Source: Eubacteriales bacterium (GTDB lineage Bacteria; Bacillota; Clostridia; Oscillospirales; QAKW01). Taken from it: DNA of 64,000 nucleotides. The stretch is taken from the NCBI GenBank assembly GCA_045539335.1, contig JAZQFD010000007.1, positions 89,853 through 153,852 of the forward strand, in the 5' to 3' direction. Numbering within the stretch: the stretch's first letter is position 1; every line of letters begins with the position of its first letter. The notes below the pieces were generated by a model. It made no database searches. It saw nothing but the letters and a program-made list of their open reading frames with translations, and had not been told where the DNA came from. Of the stretch, positions 10,804-20,661 are shown one piece after another. The translations under genes were made by a program, and so were the position numbers.

Positions 10804-12252
10804 ATGAATTTGCACTTAAAATCAATCAAAGAACTGCGGTCTTTGCTGGACGGTGGCGATATTACCGCCATGGAACTGACCCAATATTACTTGGATCGGA
10901 TTGAAAAGATCGATCCCGCCATCCATGCCTATATCACCGTGAATGAAAAGGCCATGGAGCAGGCAGAGCGTGCCCAGAAGATGATCGAAGAAGGCACCGC
11001 CGGCCCCTTGACCGGTATTGTGCTGGGTATTAAGGATAATATCTGCACTAAGGGTCTGCGTACCACCTGCGCTTCCCATATGCTGGAGGATTTTGTTCCC
11101 ACTTACAATGCAACCGTTGCCGAAAAATTAGAGGCAGAGGGTGCGGTGTTTATCGGCAAGCTGAATATGGATGAGTTTGCCATGGGCGCATCCACCACCA
11201 CCTCTTATTTCGGTAATACCATGAACCCTTATGATACCGACCGTGTTCCCGGCGGCTCTTCCGGCGGCAGTGCCGCTGCAGTAGCGGCAGGGCTTTGCGT
11301 GGCCTCCTTGGGCAGCGATACCGGCGGTTCGGTTCGTCAGCCTGCCGCCTTTTGCGGTGTGACCGGCTTGAAGCCTACCTATGGTAGAGTTTCCCGCTCG
11401 GGCTTGGTGGCCTTTGCTTCCTCTTTGGACCAGATCGGTCCTATCGGCAAAAGCGCCAGAGATTGCGCCATCCTTTTGGATGCCATCTCCGGCGAGGATC
11501 CCTTGGATATGACCTCCCGCCCCTCGGAGCCGGTGGCATCCATGCTGGGCCAGCCGGTTGAGGGTACCGTCATCGGGGTGCCCAAGGAATTCTTCGGCGA
11601 GGGTCTGAATGAAGAAATCAAGGCCGCCGTGGAAAATGCCATCAAAACCTTGGAGGATATGGGCTGTGTGATCAAAGAGGTGTCTATGCCCTCTTTGAAG
11701 TATGCCATTCCCGCTTATTATCTGATCGCATCTGCCGAGGCTTCTTCCAATCTGGCTCGGTATGATGGCGTGCGCTACGGTCATCTTTCCAAGGAAGGCA
11801 ATTCCTTTGATGAGCGGCTGATTGCCACCCGTAATGAGGGCTTTGGCGATGAGGTGAAGCGTCGGATCCTTTTGGGCAGCTATGCTTTGTCCAGCGGTTA
11901 TTTTGATGCTTATTATAAAAAAGCCAATCTCCTTCGGCGGCGGATTCGTCAGGAATATGAAGAGATCTTCAAGACCTGCGATTGTATCCTGACCCCCACC
12001 ACCCCTGAGGTTGCCTTTAAATTCGGTGCCAAGTCGGAGGATCCTGCTGAAATGTATCTGGCCGATATTTATACCGTTACCGTAAACATTGCAGGCCTGC
12101 CTGCAGTCAGCACCCCCTGCGGCTATACCAAAGAGGAAATGCCCATCGGCATGAGCATTGTAGGCAAGGCCTTTGCCGACGGTGAGATTTTGAATCTGGC
12201 CGATGCCTTTGAGAAAAAGTTCGGATATATCTTGAATGATTTTTGTCTTTAA
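10804..12252 (+). CDS. gatA: Asp/Glu-tRNA amidotransferase subunit A
   Basis: Amidase signature GGSSGGSAAAVAAG...GSDTGGSVRQPA. I chose the ATG at 10804 (GAGGTGG RBS 6 nt upstream) over the TTG at 10789 used in the ORF track. Confidence 0.9.
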   Translation: MNLHLKSIKELRSLLDGGDITAMELTQYYLDRIEKIDPAIHAYITVNEKAMEQAERAQKMIEEGTAGPLTGIVLGIKDNICTKGLRTTCASHMLEDFVPTYNATVAEKLEAEGAVFIGKLNMDEFAMGASTTTSYFGNTMNPYDTDRVPGGSSGGSAAAVAAGLCVASLGSDTGGSVRQPAAFCGVTGLKPTYGRVSRSGLVAFASSLDQIGPIGKSARDCAILLDAISGEDPLDMTSRPSEPVASMLGQPVEGTVIGVPKEFFGEGLNEEIKAAVENAIKTLEDMGCVIKEVSMPSLKYAIPAYYLIASAEASSNLARYDGVRYGHLSKEGNSFDERLIATRNEGFGDEVKRRILLGSYALSSGYFDAYYKKANLLRRRIRQEYEEIFKTCDCILTPTTPEVAFKFGAKSEDPAEMYLADIYTVTVNIAGLPAVSTPCGYTKEEMPIGMSIVGKAFADGEILNLADAFEKKFGYILNDFCL

Positions 12253-12255
12253 TTC

Positions 12256-12284
12256 TTGTACTTTTTCTAAATCTATGTTAAAAT
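12256..12284 (+). promoter_or_regulatory. promoter of the SRP RNA
   Basis: TTGTAC, a 17-nt spacer by hand count, then TAAAAT. Confidence 0.4.
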
Positions 12285-12290
12285 AAAATA

Positions 12291-12520
12291 CAGTAGGTTG
12301 AATAAGAGCGGCTTCGGCCGCTCTTATAAGCCGATTTTGAGAGGGTTGTCTTTCCAAGGCAGCACTCCGGATGTTGAAAAGACGGGTGCGGCGCAATAGG
12401 CGTGCCGTGAACCATGTCAGGCGGGGAACCGAGCAGCATTAAGCGGATCTTCGTCTATGTGTGCCGAATTCCTGTTTTGAGTCCGGTGTGCTGTCTTGTA
12501 AAGACAATTCTTTCTTTTTG
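12291..12520 (+). ncRNA. ffs: signal recognition particle RNA (scRNA/ffs); ends approximate
   Basis: The conserved domain IV core gtgaaccatGTCAGGcgGGGAAccgAGCAGCattaagcgg is present. The 5' segment ggcagcactccgga pairs with the 3' segment tccggtgtgctgtc, and gttgtctttccaag pairs with cttgtaaagacaat. It occupies the classic Firmicutes position directly upstream of dnaX. Confidence 0.75.
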
Positions 12521-12532
12521 ATAGGAGTTTTT

Positions 12533-14068
12533 ATGTATCAGGCATTGTATCGAAAATACCGTCCCCTGACCTTTTCCGATGTCTTGGGGCAGGAGCATAT
12601 TGTGAAAACCCTTCGGGCGCAGATCGCCGAGGGGAATATTTCTCATGCCTATTTATTCTGCGGTACCCGGGGCACCGGTAAAACCAGTTGTGCCAAGATA
12701 TTGGCTCGGGCGGTCAACTGTGCCAACGGTGCGGATGGAGACCCTTGCAATGCCTGCCCTCAATGTCAGGGCATCTTAAATGAATCCACCATGGATGTGG
12801 TGGAGATCGATGCCGCCACCAATACCGGTGTTGGGGATGTGAGAGAACTGCGGGAGGAGTTGATTTATGCTCCCGCCTCGGTGAAGTATCGGGTCTATAT
12901 CATCGATGAGGTGCATATGCTGAGTAATCAGGCATTTAATGCCCTCTTAAAAACCTTGGAGGAGCCTCCCTCCCATGTGATTTTCGTGTTGGCCACCACC
13001 GAGATTCATAAAATTCCCGCCACCATTCTGTCTCGTTGCCAGCGGTTTGATTTCAAACGCCTGACCCCCGAGCAGATCGCAAGCCGCCTTGCTTATGTGG
13101 CGGAAAAAGAAGGCTTTGCTTTGGAAGCAGAGGCCGCCGCCCTCCTTGCCCGCTTGGCCGATGGCGCCATGCGAGACGGTCTTTCTCTTTTGGATCGTTG
13201 CCGCAATGGCAGCCAGCCGGTAACCTTGGAGCGGGTGGAGCAGATTGTTGGCGTGTGCAATAGCGATCAGCTTTTGCAGGCGGTGCGTCTGGCTTGGCAG
13301 CGAGATGCCTCCGGTTTGTTGAAATTCTATAAAAATGCCCGTGAGCGGTATGCAGGGCCTGCCCAGTTGTTTGCCGATCTTTCCTCGGTGTTGCGGGATC
13401 TTTTGGTTTGTAGCGTCAGCGACCATCCGGAAGAACTGATGGAATGCGATGAAAAAGAACTGCAGCAAAAAATCGCCCTTTCCAGAGAGATGCCCACCGC
13501 CTGTGTCATGCGGATGATGCGTACTCTGCAGACCGGCATTTGGGAGCTTTCCCGCACGGCTGATAAAGGGCTTTTGGCGGAGATGACGCTCATTTCCCTT
13601 TGTCGGGAAGAATTGGGAGAGGATTTTGGCTCCCTTTCCGCTCGGGTGGCTCGCTTGGAGCGAGGCGCTCCTCCGATGGTTGCTCCGGCTCCTGCTCCGG
13701 TTGCGGAGGTTTCGGTGGAGGCAGAGAAGCCTGCTCCCGTGGAAGAGCCTGCCCCTGTGGCGGCGCCTCTCGCATCAGCGGCAGAAGGCTGTTCCTTTTG
13801 GGAGGATTTGAAGGATACCTTAAGAGATATGGGCAGTACCAATCTTTTAGGCTTTTTATTGGATATTGAACCCTCGGTGGAGGGAAATAAATTGGTGCTT
13901 TCCAGCGATCAGAGCTTTTGTCTGACCTTTTTGGATAAGCCCGAGATCAAGGCCACCCTTTCTGCGGCGGCAGAAAAGGTAAGCGGCACCGCCTATACGG
14001 TGGTTTTTCGGGAAGCAAATGCCACCTTGAAGGCCGACGATCCCATGAATGAATTATCAGAATTTTAA
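12533..14068 (+). CDS. dnaX: DNA polymerase III subunits gamma/tau
   Basis: Starts at MYQALYRKYRPLTFSDVLGQEHI after a TAGGAG RBS. Walker A is GTRGTGKTS. There is a Zn module (CANGADGDPCNACPQC) and a Pro/Ala-rich linker. The upstream extension in the ORF track overlaps the SRP RNA and was rejected. Confidence 0.93.
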   Translation: MYQALYRKYRPLTFSDVLGQEHIVKTLRAQIAEGNISHAYLFCGTRGTGKTSCAKILARAVNCANGADGDPCNACPQCQGILNESTMDVVEIDAATNTGVGDVRELREELIYAPASVKYRVYIIDEVHMLSNQAFNALLKTLEEPPSHVIFVLATTEIHKIPATILSRCQRFDFKRLTPEQIASRLAYVAEKEGFALEAEAAALLARLADGAMRDGLSLLDRCRNGSQPVTLERVEQIVGVCNSDQLLQAVRLAWQRDASGLLKFYKNARERYAGPAQLFADLSSVLRDLLVCSVSDHPEELMECDEKELQQKIALSREMPTACVMRMMRTLQTGIWELSRTADKGLLAEMTLISLCREELGEDFGSLSARVARLERGAPPMVAPAPAPVAEVSVEAEKPAPVEEPAPVAAPLASAAEGCSFWEDLKDTLRDMGSTNLLGFLLDIEPSVEGNKLVLSSDQSFCLTFLDKPEIKATLSAAAEKVSGTAYTVVFREANATLKADDPMNELSEF

Positions 14069-14088
14069 TGGCAAGGAGATAGAAAAAC

Positions 14089-14436
14089 ATGAAAGCAAGA
14101 TTACCCGAAGGCTATAATATGAAGCAGGGCGATATGATGCGCCGTGTGCAGAAGATGCAGGAAGATATGCAAAATGCACAGGCCGAAGTAGAGGCTACTG
14201 TCTTTGAAGCCGCCGCAGGCGGCGGTGCCGTTACCGCAAAGGTCAACGGTAAAAAGGAAGTGTTGGAAATCAAGATCGCTCCCGAGGTTGTAGACCCTGA
14301 GGATGTAGAAATGCTGGAGGATCTGGTGGTAGCCGCTGTCAATGAAGGTATGAAGCAGGCCGATTCCGCCATGGAAAGCAAAATGGGCGCCATCACCGGC
14401 GGCATGAACCTGCCCGGTATGGGCGGTTTGTTTTAA
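14089..14436 (+). CDS. ybaB: YbaB/EbfC family nucleoid-associated protein
   Basis: 115 aa. Contains MMRRVQKMQEDMQNAQAEVE...GGGAVTAKVNGKKEVLEIKI and lies between dnaX and recR. Confidence 0.9.
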   Translation: MKARLPEGYNMKQGDMMRRVQKMQEDMQNAQAEVEATVFEAAAGGGAVTAKVNGKKEVLEIKIAPEVVDPEDVEMLEDLVVAAVNEGMKQADSAMESKMGAITGGMNLPGMGGLF

Positions 14437-14441
14437 TCGCC

Positions 14442-15038
14442 ATGCCCAATATCAATCAGTTAAATAAACTCATTGAGCAATTTGGGAAATTGCCGGGGGT
14501 GGGTGCCAAAACGGCCCAAAAAATGGCCTATTTTATTTTGGCTCAGGGGGATCAGGCGGTGAAGGAATTCGCCGATACCCTGCTGGCATCGAAGAATATG
14601 ATCCATTGCTGCCCCCGTTGCCAGAATCTCACCGATCAGGAGCTTTGCCCCATCTGCACCGATGAAAAGCGCCAAGGCGCCATCTGCGTGGTGGAGAAGC
14701 CGGAGGATGTGGAGGCGATGGAGCGTACCCGTACCTTTCATGGTACCTATCATGTGCTCCATGGGCTGATCTCTCCCGTCAACGGTATCGGCGCCGATCA
14801 GTTGAAGATTCGGGAATTGCTCCATCGAGTGGCGGAGGAGCCGGTGGAGGAAGTGATCCTTGCTACCTCGCCTAATGTGGAGGGGCAAGCCACCGCCCTC
14901 TATTTACATAAGCTTTTAAAGCCTTTTGAAGTCAAGGTAACGGGTCTTGCCTTAGGCATTCCGGTAGGGGGCACCTTAGAGTATGCTGATAGCCTTACCC
15001 TGACCCGTGCCATGGAAAACAGGAGGTCTTTTGAATGA
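14442..15038 (+). CDS. recR: recombination protein RecR
   Basis: 198 aa. Has an HhH region (LPGVGAKTAQKMAYF), a C4 zinc finger (CPRCQNL...CPIC) and a Toprim domain. Confidence 0.93.
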   Translation: MPNINQLNKLIEQFGKLPGVGAKTAQKMAYFILAQGDQAVKEFADTLLASKNMIHCCPRCQNLTDQELCPICTDEKRQGAICVVEKPEDVEAMERTRTFHGTYHVLHGLISPVNGIGADQLKIRELLHRVAEEPVEEVILATSPNVEGQATALYLHKLLKPFEVKVTGLALGIPVGGTLEYADSLTLTRAMENRRSFE

Positions 15039-15286
15039 ATACCTATCAACCCTATGGAGTTTGCTCCCGCAAAATCAATTTTGAGGTACGTGAAGACGGT
15101 ACGCTCCATAATGTATCCTTTGAAGGCGGTTGCAACGGCAACCTGCAAGGCATCGGTGCTTTGGTAGAGGGCATGCAGATTGAGGAGGCCATTGAGCGCC
15201 TCTCGGGAATTACCTGCGGGTATAAAGAGACCTCTTGCCCCGATCAATTAGCCCGTGCACTTATTGAATATCAGGAGGAATATTAA
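15035..15286 (+). CDS. TSCPD-domain small protein (TIGR03905-like, from memory)
   Basis: 83 aa. Contains FEGGCNGNLQGI...ITCGYKETSCPDQLA. Its start overlaps the recR stop (ATGA). Confidence 0.7.
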   Translation: MNTYQPYGVCSRKINFEVREDGTLHNVSFEGGCNGNLQGIGALVEGMQIEEAIERLSGITCGYKETSCPDQLARALIEYQEEY

Positions 15287-15287
15287 G

Positions 15288-17006
15288 ATGGATTATCGCA
15301 AAGAGTATGATCGTTGGTTAGGTTACTATGAATTGGATGGCCGCCTGAAGGCTGATCTGATCGCTGTGCATGGAGATGAAGATGCCATTCGTTCCCGCTT
15401 TGGCTGCGATCTCACCTTCGGTACCGCAGGCCTGCGAGGGCTGATGGGCGCCGGCACCAACCGCATGAATATTTATACCGTTCGTCGGGCCTCCAAGGGC
15501 TTTGGTAATTATATCGTGTCCTTGGGCAAGGAAGCCATGGACCGTGGCGTTGTGATCGCCTATGACTGCCGCAACAACGGTAAGCGCTTCGCAATGGAAA
15601 CGGCGCTGACCATGTGTGCTCTTGGCATCCATGTGCGTTTGTTTGACGCTCTGCGCCCCACCCCCGAGCTTTCCTTTGCCATTCGGGATTTCGGCGCCAT
15701 CGGCGGTGTGAACATCACCGCTTCTCATAACCCCAAGGAATATAATGGCTATAAAGCCTATTTTGAAGACGGTGCTCAGATCTCCGGCGATCAGGCCGAT
15801 TATATCTTTGCCGAAATGCAAAAGGTAGATCCTTTGCATATTGATACCATCTCGGAAGCAGAGGCGGTAGAAAAGGGTCTTTTGGAGATCATCGGTAAAG
15901 AGGTGGATGAAAAGTATTTAGCTCGGGTTCTGGAGGAGCAGCTCCCCTTGGGTGAATTATCGGCCGAGGCGAAAAAGCTTTCCATTGTGTACACTCCTTT
16001 CCACGGGACCGGCCATAAATTGGTTCCCGCCATCTTCGAAGCCTTGGGCGCCAATGTGTATTTTGTGGAAGAGCAGATGAAGCCCGATGGGGATTTCCCC
16101 ACCGTTAAGAGCCCCAACCCCGAAGAAAAAGAAGGCTTTGCTCCCGGCTTGGAGCTGGCTCGTAAGGTAGGCGCCGATCTCATTATCGCCACCGACCCCG
16201 ATGCCGATCGTGTGGGTGTGGCCGCTTTGAATGGGGATGAGGTGGTGTATTTCACCGGCAACCAAATGGCAGCATTGTTTGTGGATTTCATGATCCGTGT
16301 GCAAAAAGAGGCAGGCACTTTTGCCAAGGATGCGGCCGTGGTTTCCACCATCGTTTCTTCCAAGCTGCCTAAGAAGATCTGCACCGAAAACGGTGTTGCC
16401 TATTTTGAAGTGCTCACCGGCTTCAAGTATATCGGTGAGATGATGGAGCGCTTTAAGGCCGAAGGAAGCCATACCTTCCTCATGGGCTTTGAAGAAAGCT
16501 ATGGGTATCTCAAGGGAGATTACGCCCGGGATAAGGATGCCGTGGTCGCCTCCATGCTGATCGCTCAGATGGCTATGTACTATAAGAATAAAAATAAGAA
16601 TTTGGTGCAGGCACTGGAGATTATTTATAAGACCTACGGTTATACGGAAGAAAAAACCGTCAGTTTCAAGATCGAGGCTGTGATGCCCCAGCTGCGGATG
16701 AACGAGATCATGCACGATCTGCGTAATCATGTTCCCGCCGAAATGGAAGGCAAAAAGATCGTGGAGTTCCGTGATTATAAGACCAAGAAGATCAAGAACC
16801 TGCTGACCGGCGAGGAGAGCAAGATCGACCTTCCCTCCTCCGATGTGCTGTACTTCATTTTTGAAGACGGTTCCAATGTGGTGGTTCGCCCCTCCGGCAC
16901 CGAGCCCAAGATCAAGGTTTATTTCCTCACCGAAGGAGAAAACCGTTTTGATTGCCATAGCAAGGTGGAGACCTATGAGGCCATCTTTGCCAAACTCCTC
17001 AAATAA
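15288..17006 (+). CDS. phosphoglucomutase/phosphomannomutase (alpha-D-phosphohexomutase family)
   Basis: Active-site TASHNPKEYNGYK and metal loop ATDPDADR. I chose the ATG at 15288 (AGGAGGA RBS) over the 15255 start in the ORF track. Confidence 0.9.
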   Translation: MDYRKEYDRWLGYYELDGRLKADLIAVHGDEDAIRSRFGCDLTFGTAGLRGLMGAGTNRMNIYTVRRASKGFGNYIVSLGKEAMDRGVVIAYDCRNNGKRFAMETALTMCALGIHVRLFDALRPTPELSFAIRDFGAIGGVNITASHNPKEYNGYKAYFEDGAQISGDQADYIFAEMQKVDPLHIDTISEAEAVEKGLLEIIGKEVDEKYLARVLEEQLPLGELSAEAKKLSIVYTPFHGTGHKLVPAIFEALGANVYFVEEQMKPDGDFPTVKSPNPEEKEGFAPGLELARKVGADLIIATDPDADRVGVAALNGDEVVYFTGNQMAALFVDFMIRVQKEAGTFAKDAAVVSTIVSSKLPKKICTENGVAYFEVLTGFKYIGEMMERFKAEGSHTFLMGFEESYGYLKGDYARDKDAVVASMLIAQMAMYYKNKNKNLVQALEIIYKTYGYTEEKTVSFKIEAVMPQLRMNEIMHDLRNHVPAEMEGKKIVEFRDYKTKKIKNLLTGEESKIDLPSSDVLYFIFEDGSNVVVRPSGTEPKIKVYFLTEGENRFDCHSKVETYEAIFAKLLK

Positions 17007-17014
17007 ATTAAAAA

Positions 17015-17052
17015 GCACCACCCCGGCACTTCGCACCGGGGTGGTATTTTTT
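17015..17052. terminator. bidirectional intrinsic terminator
   Basis: Stem accaccccgg / ccggggtggt followed by a T-run. Confidence 0.7.
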
Positions 17053-17821
17053 ATAATTGATATGCGGCGTTTTTTCGAAAGTTTTTTGGAGAGACGCCGA
17101 TTCTTTTTTTAAAGCAATCCGAAAAGTAGCTTTGGGAGTTGAAGCCGCAGGAAAAAGCGATCTCGTTTAAGGAAAGAGAGGTATTGATCAGAAGATCCCG
17201 TGCTGTACTCAGTCGGCAGTTGATAAGATACTCCCCGGGGGTGATGTCCAAGGTACTCTTAAACAGCTTATGTAGGTAGGAGGCGCTGACGTTGCAGTGC
17301 TCCGCAATGGTTTGGACGGTCAGTGCTTCCTGATAATTCAGTTCAATATACCGTTGGGCTTTGGTAATAAGGCTTCCTTCTTCTTTTGCAAGGGTTATGA
17401 TCCGATGCAAAAGGGTGATCAAAAGCGCTTGCGCATAAAGATGATCAAAGAATTCGGGAGAGAAAAAGGCGGCGGCGATCTTTTTAAAAAGCGCATGGTT
17501 TTTTTGCGGGTCCGCAAGGGTGAGAACAGAGGGGAGTGTATCCAAGGCTGCAATCAACTGCGGGTCCTCTACGTTAAAATGGATAAACTGACAGCGAAAG
17601 GGCAGGTGACTGTATCGCCGGTCGTTGGGCTTTGCCAATAGAATATTGGCGCTTTGGATGGGATATTCTTTGCCGTTTAGTACCGAAATGCCGCCGTCTT
17701 CAAAAAAATATTCCAGCTCGTACGTATGCACCCTGCGGGGGGTGGTTACCGTGTGGTTTGGAAAACGACGGCGACTGTCAAATTCACCGGCGCCTAAAAT
17801 GGTTAAAGGTGTATGGTTCAT
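17051..17821 (-). CDS. AraC family transcriptional regulator
   Basis: C-terminal HTH_18 strings (IAEHCNVSASYLHKLFK, FNSQSYFSDCFKKRIGVSP) and a cupin-like N-terminus. I chose the start at MNHTPL (GGAG RBS) over the longer version in the ORF track. Confidence 0.85.
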   Translation of the reverse strand: MNHTPLTILGAGEFDSRRRFPNHTVTTPRRVHTYELEYFFEDGGISVLNGKEYPIQSANILLAKPNDRRYSHLPFRCQFIHFNVEDPQLIAALDTLPSVLTLADPQKNHALFKKIAAAFFSPEFFDHLYAQALLITLLHRIITLAKEEGSLITKAQRYIELNYQEALTVQTIAEHCNVSASYLHKLFKSTLDITPGEYLINCRLSTARDLLINTSLSLNEIAFSCGFNSQSYFSDCFKKRIGVSPKNFRKNAAYQL

Positions 17822-17945
17822 AAAAAACTCCATAGGATAGGATATTGAAAAAAGTAAAGAGAATTTTGAAAGAAAATAAACATAAATGGTGCTATTATCA
17901 GTATAGCACCATTTGTATCCCAATCGCAATAGGGAGGATAGAAAA

Positions 17946-18620
17946 TTGAAAATTATTTTTTTGGGCCAGGCGGGCCTTCTTTTTGAGTGGCAGGATCTAA
18001 GGGTAATGATCGACCCCTATTTATCCAACGAGGTGGAAAAGATCAACCCTCAAAACGATCGCAGACAGCCTATTGATGAGCGCTTTTTTGCCGTAAAACC
18101 CAATGTGATGATCTTTACCCACAATCATTTGGACCATTATGATCCCCAAACGGTTGGTCGGTTTGTTACTCACGAAACAGCCGTTACCGTCCTTTCGCCC
18201 CAGTCGGTTTGGCAGGAGGTGCGTAAGCTGGGGGGAAAAAACAATTATGTGCTCTTTAACCGCCATACCTCTTGGACCGAAAAAGGCGTGCGTTTTACAG
18301 CTGTTAAAGCAGAGCACAGCGACCCAACTCCCATTGGCGTGGTCATAGAGGATGGAGAAAAAACCTATTACATTACCGGCGATACATTGTATAATGAGGA
18401 GATTTTTAAAGATCTGCCGTCACAGGTTGACGTGCTTTTTCTGCCGGTCAACGGGGTGGGCAACAATATGAATTTTGACGATGCCGCCCGTTTTGCCCGT
18501 AGAGTAGGGGCTTCGGCAGTTGTGCCGTTGCATACCGGCTTGTTTGATGATCTGGATTTAAAACAGTTCCCTTGCAAGAATAAAATTATTCCGGAAATCT
18601 ATAAGGAGATCGTATTATGA
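17946..18620 (+). CDS. MBL-fold metallo-hydrolase
   Basis: Contains KIIFLGQAGLLFE and HNHLDHYD motifs. The likely start is the TTG at 17946, after a GGGAGGA RBS. Confidence 0.75.
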   Translation: MKIIFLGQAGLLFEWQDLRVMIDPYLSNEVEKINPQNDRRQPIDERFFAVKPNVMIFTHNHLDHYDPQTVGRFVTHETAVTVLSPQSVWQEVRKLGGKNNYVLFNRHTSWTEKGVRFTAVKAEHSDPTPIGVVIEDGEKTYYITGDTLYNEEIFKDLPSQVDVLFLPVNGVGNNMNFDDAARFARRVGASAVVPLHTGLFDDLDLKQFPCKNKIIPEIYKEIVL

Positions 18621-19777
18621 AGGTAACGGATATTAAATGCTTTACGGTGGATTGCTTTCGTACCAACTGGGTCTTTGTAAAGGTCTATACCGACCAGGGG
18701 ATCGACGGTGTGGGAGAGGCTACCTTGGAATACAAAGAAAAGGCTTTGTTGGGAGCCGTGGAGCATATAAAAGAGTATTTGGTAGGGAAGGATCCCTGCC
18801 AGATCGAAAAGCATTTTCACGATATTTATCGGGATGCCTATTGGCGTGGCGGCGCCGTTTTAATGAGTGCCCTTTCTGCGGTAGAGATGGCCCTTTGGGA
18901 CATTTTGGGCAAAAGCCTTGGCGTTCCCGTTTATCAGCTTTTGGGCGGTAAGACCCACGAAAAGGTGCGGATCTACGTAAACGGTTGGTTTGCCGGTGCC
19001 AAAACACCGCAGGAATTTGCCGAAAAAGCAAAAATTGCCGCTCAGCGGGGCATTACCGCCCTGAAATGGGATCCTTTCGGAAAATCTTATTTGGAGATCT
19101 CCAAGCAGGATCTGCATACCGCTTTGGATTGTGTGGCAGCGGTGCGGGATGCAGTGGGGAGCGAGGTGGACCTTTTGATTGAAGGTCACGGACGCTTTAA
19201 CGTTCCCACCGGCATTAAAATTGCCAAAGAACTGGAGTGTTTCGATCCCCTCTTTTTTGAAGAGCCCACACCCCCGGATAATCTGGAGGCCTTGAAGGCC
19301 GTGCGGGACAAATCCCCCGTTCCGATTGCTGCAGGGGAGCGGCTGTATACCCTAAAGTCCTATAAGGATCTGTTTGAGATGCGGGCGGCGGATTATATTC
19401 AACCGGATATTTCTCATGCGGGCGGTATGATGGAACTGAAAAAGATTGCTGCGGTGGCAGAAGCCTATTATATTCCTTTTGCACCCCACAATCCGTCGGG
19501 CCCTGTGGCCAATGCCGCCACCTTGCAGTTGGCGGCCTGCTGCTCCAATTTTTCCATTTTAGAGATTATGTATAGCGACGTGGAATGGCGCAAGGATGTG
19601 ACCAACGAAGAATTGGAATACCAAGACGGCTACATCACCATTCCCGACAAACCGGGCCTTGGCATTGAGATCAACGAAGAGGAGTGCTTAAAGCATCCTT
19701 ATCAACCCCATACTTTGCGTCATTATACCGGTGCACTGACGGATATTCGACCGGCAAAAACGGAATTTTATTTTTAA
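18617..19777 (+). CDS. enolase-superfamily acid-sugar dehydratase (galactonate/mannonate dehydratase-like)
   Basis: 386 aa. The N-terminus MKVTDIKCFTV...VFVKVYTDQGIDGVGEAT is family-typical, as are ALWDILGK..GVPVYQLLGG and the later metal-ligand regions. Confidence 0.8.
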   Translation: MKVTDIKCFTVDCFRTNWVFVKVYTDQGIDGVGEATLEYKEKALLGAVEHIKEYLVGKDPCQIEKHFHDIYRDAYWRGGAVLMSALSAVEMALWDILGKSLGVPVYQLLGGKTHEKVRIYVNGWFAGAKTPQEFAEKAKIAAQRGITALKWDPFGKSYLEISKQDLHTALDCVAAVRDAVGSEVDLLIEGHGRFNVPTGIKIAKELECFDPLFFEEPTPPDNLEALKAVRDKSPVPIAAGERLYTLKSYKDLFEMRAADYIQPDISHAGGMMELKKIAAVAEAYYIPFAPHNPSGPVANAATLQLAACCSNFSILEIMYSDVEWRKDVTNEELEYQDGYITIPDKPGLGIEINEEECLKHPYQPHTLRHYTGALTDIRPAKTEFYF

Positions 19778-19790
19778 GGAGAGAACGGCT

Positions 19791-20660
19791 ATGAAAAAAT
19801 ACGAAGTAAAAGATCATCACCCCAGTTATCTGCCCGAAGGGGAGTGGAAATTGGTTTGGGCCGATGAGTTTGACGGTCCCGAACTGGATCGGACAAAATG
19901 GGATTTTCGTTTGAATTTTTGGGGCAAGCCCTTTGAGGCTTATACCGATCAGGGGATTGTGTTTGACGGGAATAGCTGCATTGAGCTTCACCGCACACAA
20001 CGAAACGGTTGTTATGTTTCTCCTCAGTTGCAAACCGGCAGCAACTCCTTTGATATTCCCATCACCAATACCGATAATCCGTGGGGGCAGGATACGATTT
20101 GGAAATTAGGGGTTCTGGAGCCTCCCAAGTTTGTTCACCGCTATGGGTATTATGAGTGCCGCTGCAAATTTCAAAAGGATCCCGAAACCATGTGGTCGGC
20201 TTTTTGGACCCAATCTCCCTCCATCGGTACTCGTTATGAGCCGGAATGGTGTGGTATTGAATCGGATATTATGGAGCACTTTCATCCCGGAAAGGCAACC
20301 ACCGGCAATATTTACGGCGGCTACGGCAAACAGTATACCAAGGAGGGCCGTGTAAGCTATCCCTTAGACGAAACCGAGGATGGATTCCATTATTTTGGTA
20401 TGGATTGGCAGCCCGAGGGATATGTGTTTTATTATAACGGAAAAGAGGTTTCCCGTTGCAATGGTCACGTTTCCCACGTGCCGGAGTTTATTTTGCTGAC
20501 CACCGAGGTCCAGGGCTATCGCTCCACGGGAAAGAAAAAGGTGCGCCTGGGCGGAAACCACGAGGAGATCGAGGAGATTCCCCAGCAGATCAAAGGTGAA
20601 TTTGTGGACGACGCTTTTATTGTCGATCACGTGCGTGTGTTTGATAAGGTGGAAAAGTAA
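19791..20660 (+). CDS. glycoside hydrolase family 16 protein (beta-glucanase-like), no signal peptide seen
   Basis: Catalytic ExDxxE motif as GIESDIMEHF. WSAFWT is also present. Confidence 0.7.
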   Translation: MKKYEVKDHHPSYLPEGEWKLVWADEFDGPELDRTKWDFRLNFWGKPFEAYTDQGIVFDGNSCIELHRTQRNGCYVSPQLQTGSNSFDIPITNTDNPWGQDTIWKLGVLEPPKFVHRYGYYECRCKFQKDPETMWSAFWTQSPSIGTRYEPEWCGIESDIMEHFHPGKATTGNIYGGYGKQYTKEGRVSYPLDETEDGFHYFGMDWQPEGYVFYYNGKEVSRCNGHVSHVPEFILLTTEVQGYRSTGKKKVRLGGNHEEIEEIPQQIKGEFVDDAFIVDHVRVFDKVEK

Positions 20661-20661
20661 T

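Noticed and set aside
12301-12330. Hairpin aagagcggcttcggccgctctt, considered as the gatA terminator.
   Set aside because: It has no T-run after the stem, and it lies downstream of the SRP RNA promoter. It is more likely the 5' (Alu-domain-like) hairpin of the SRP RNA. This is left unresolved, so the ncRNA boundaries are approximate.
12461-12532. N-terminal extension of dnaX in the ORF track (start at 12461).
   Set aside because: The extension overlaps the 3' half of the SRP RNA. The conserved DnaX N-terminus (MYQALYRKYRP) begins at 12533, behind a proper RBS.
13327-13869. Cluster of overlapping ORFs on both strands in the 3' third of dnaX.
   Set aside because: They arise from the GC-rich Pro/Ala-repeat linker of tau (APAPAPVAEV...EEPAPVAAP). 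This is a low-complexity artefact.
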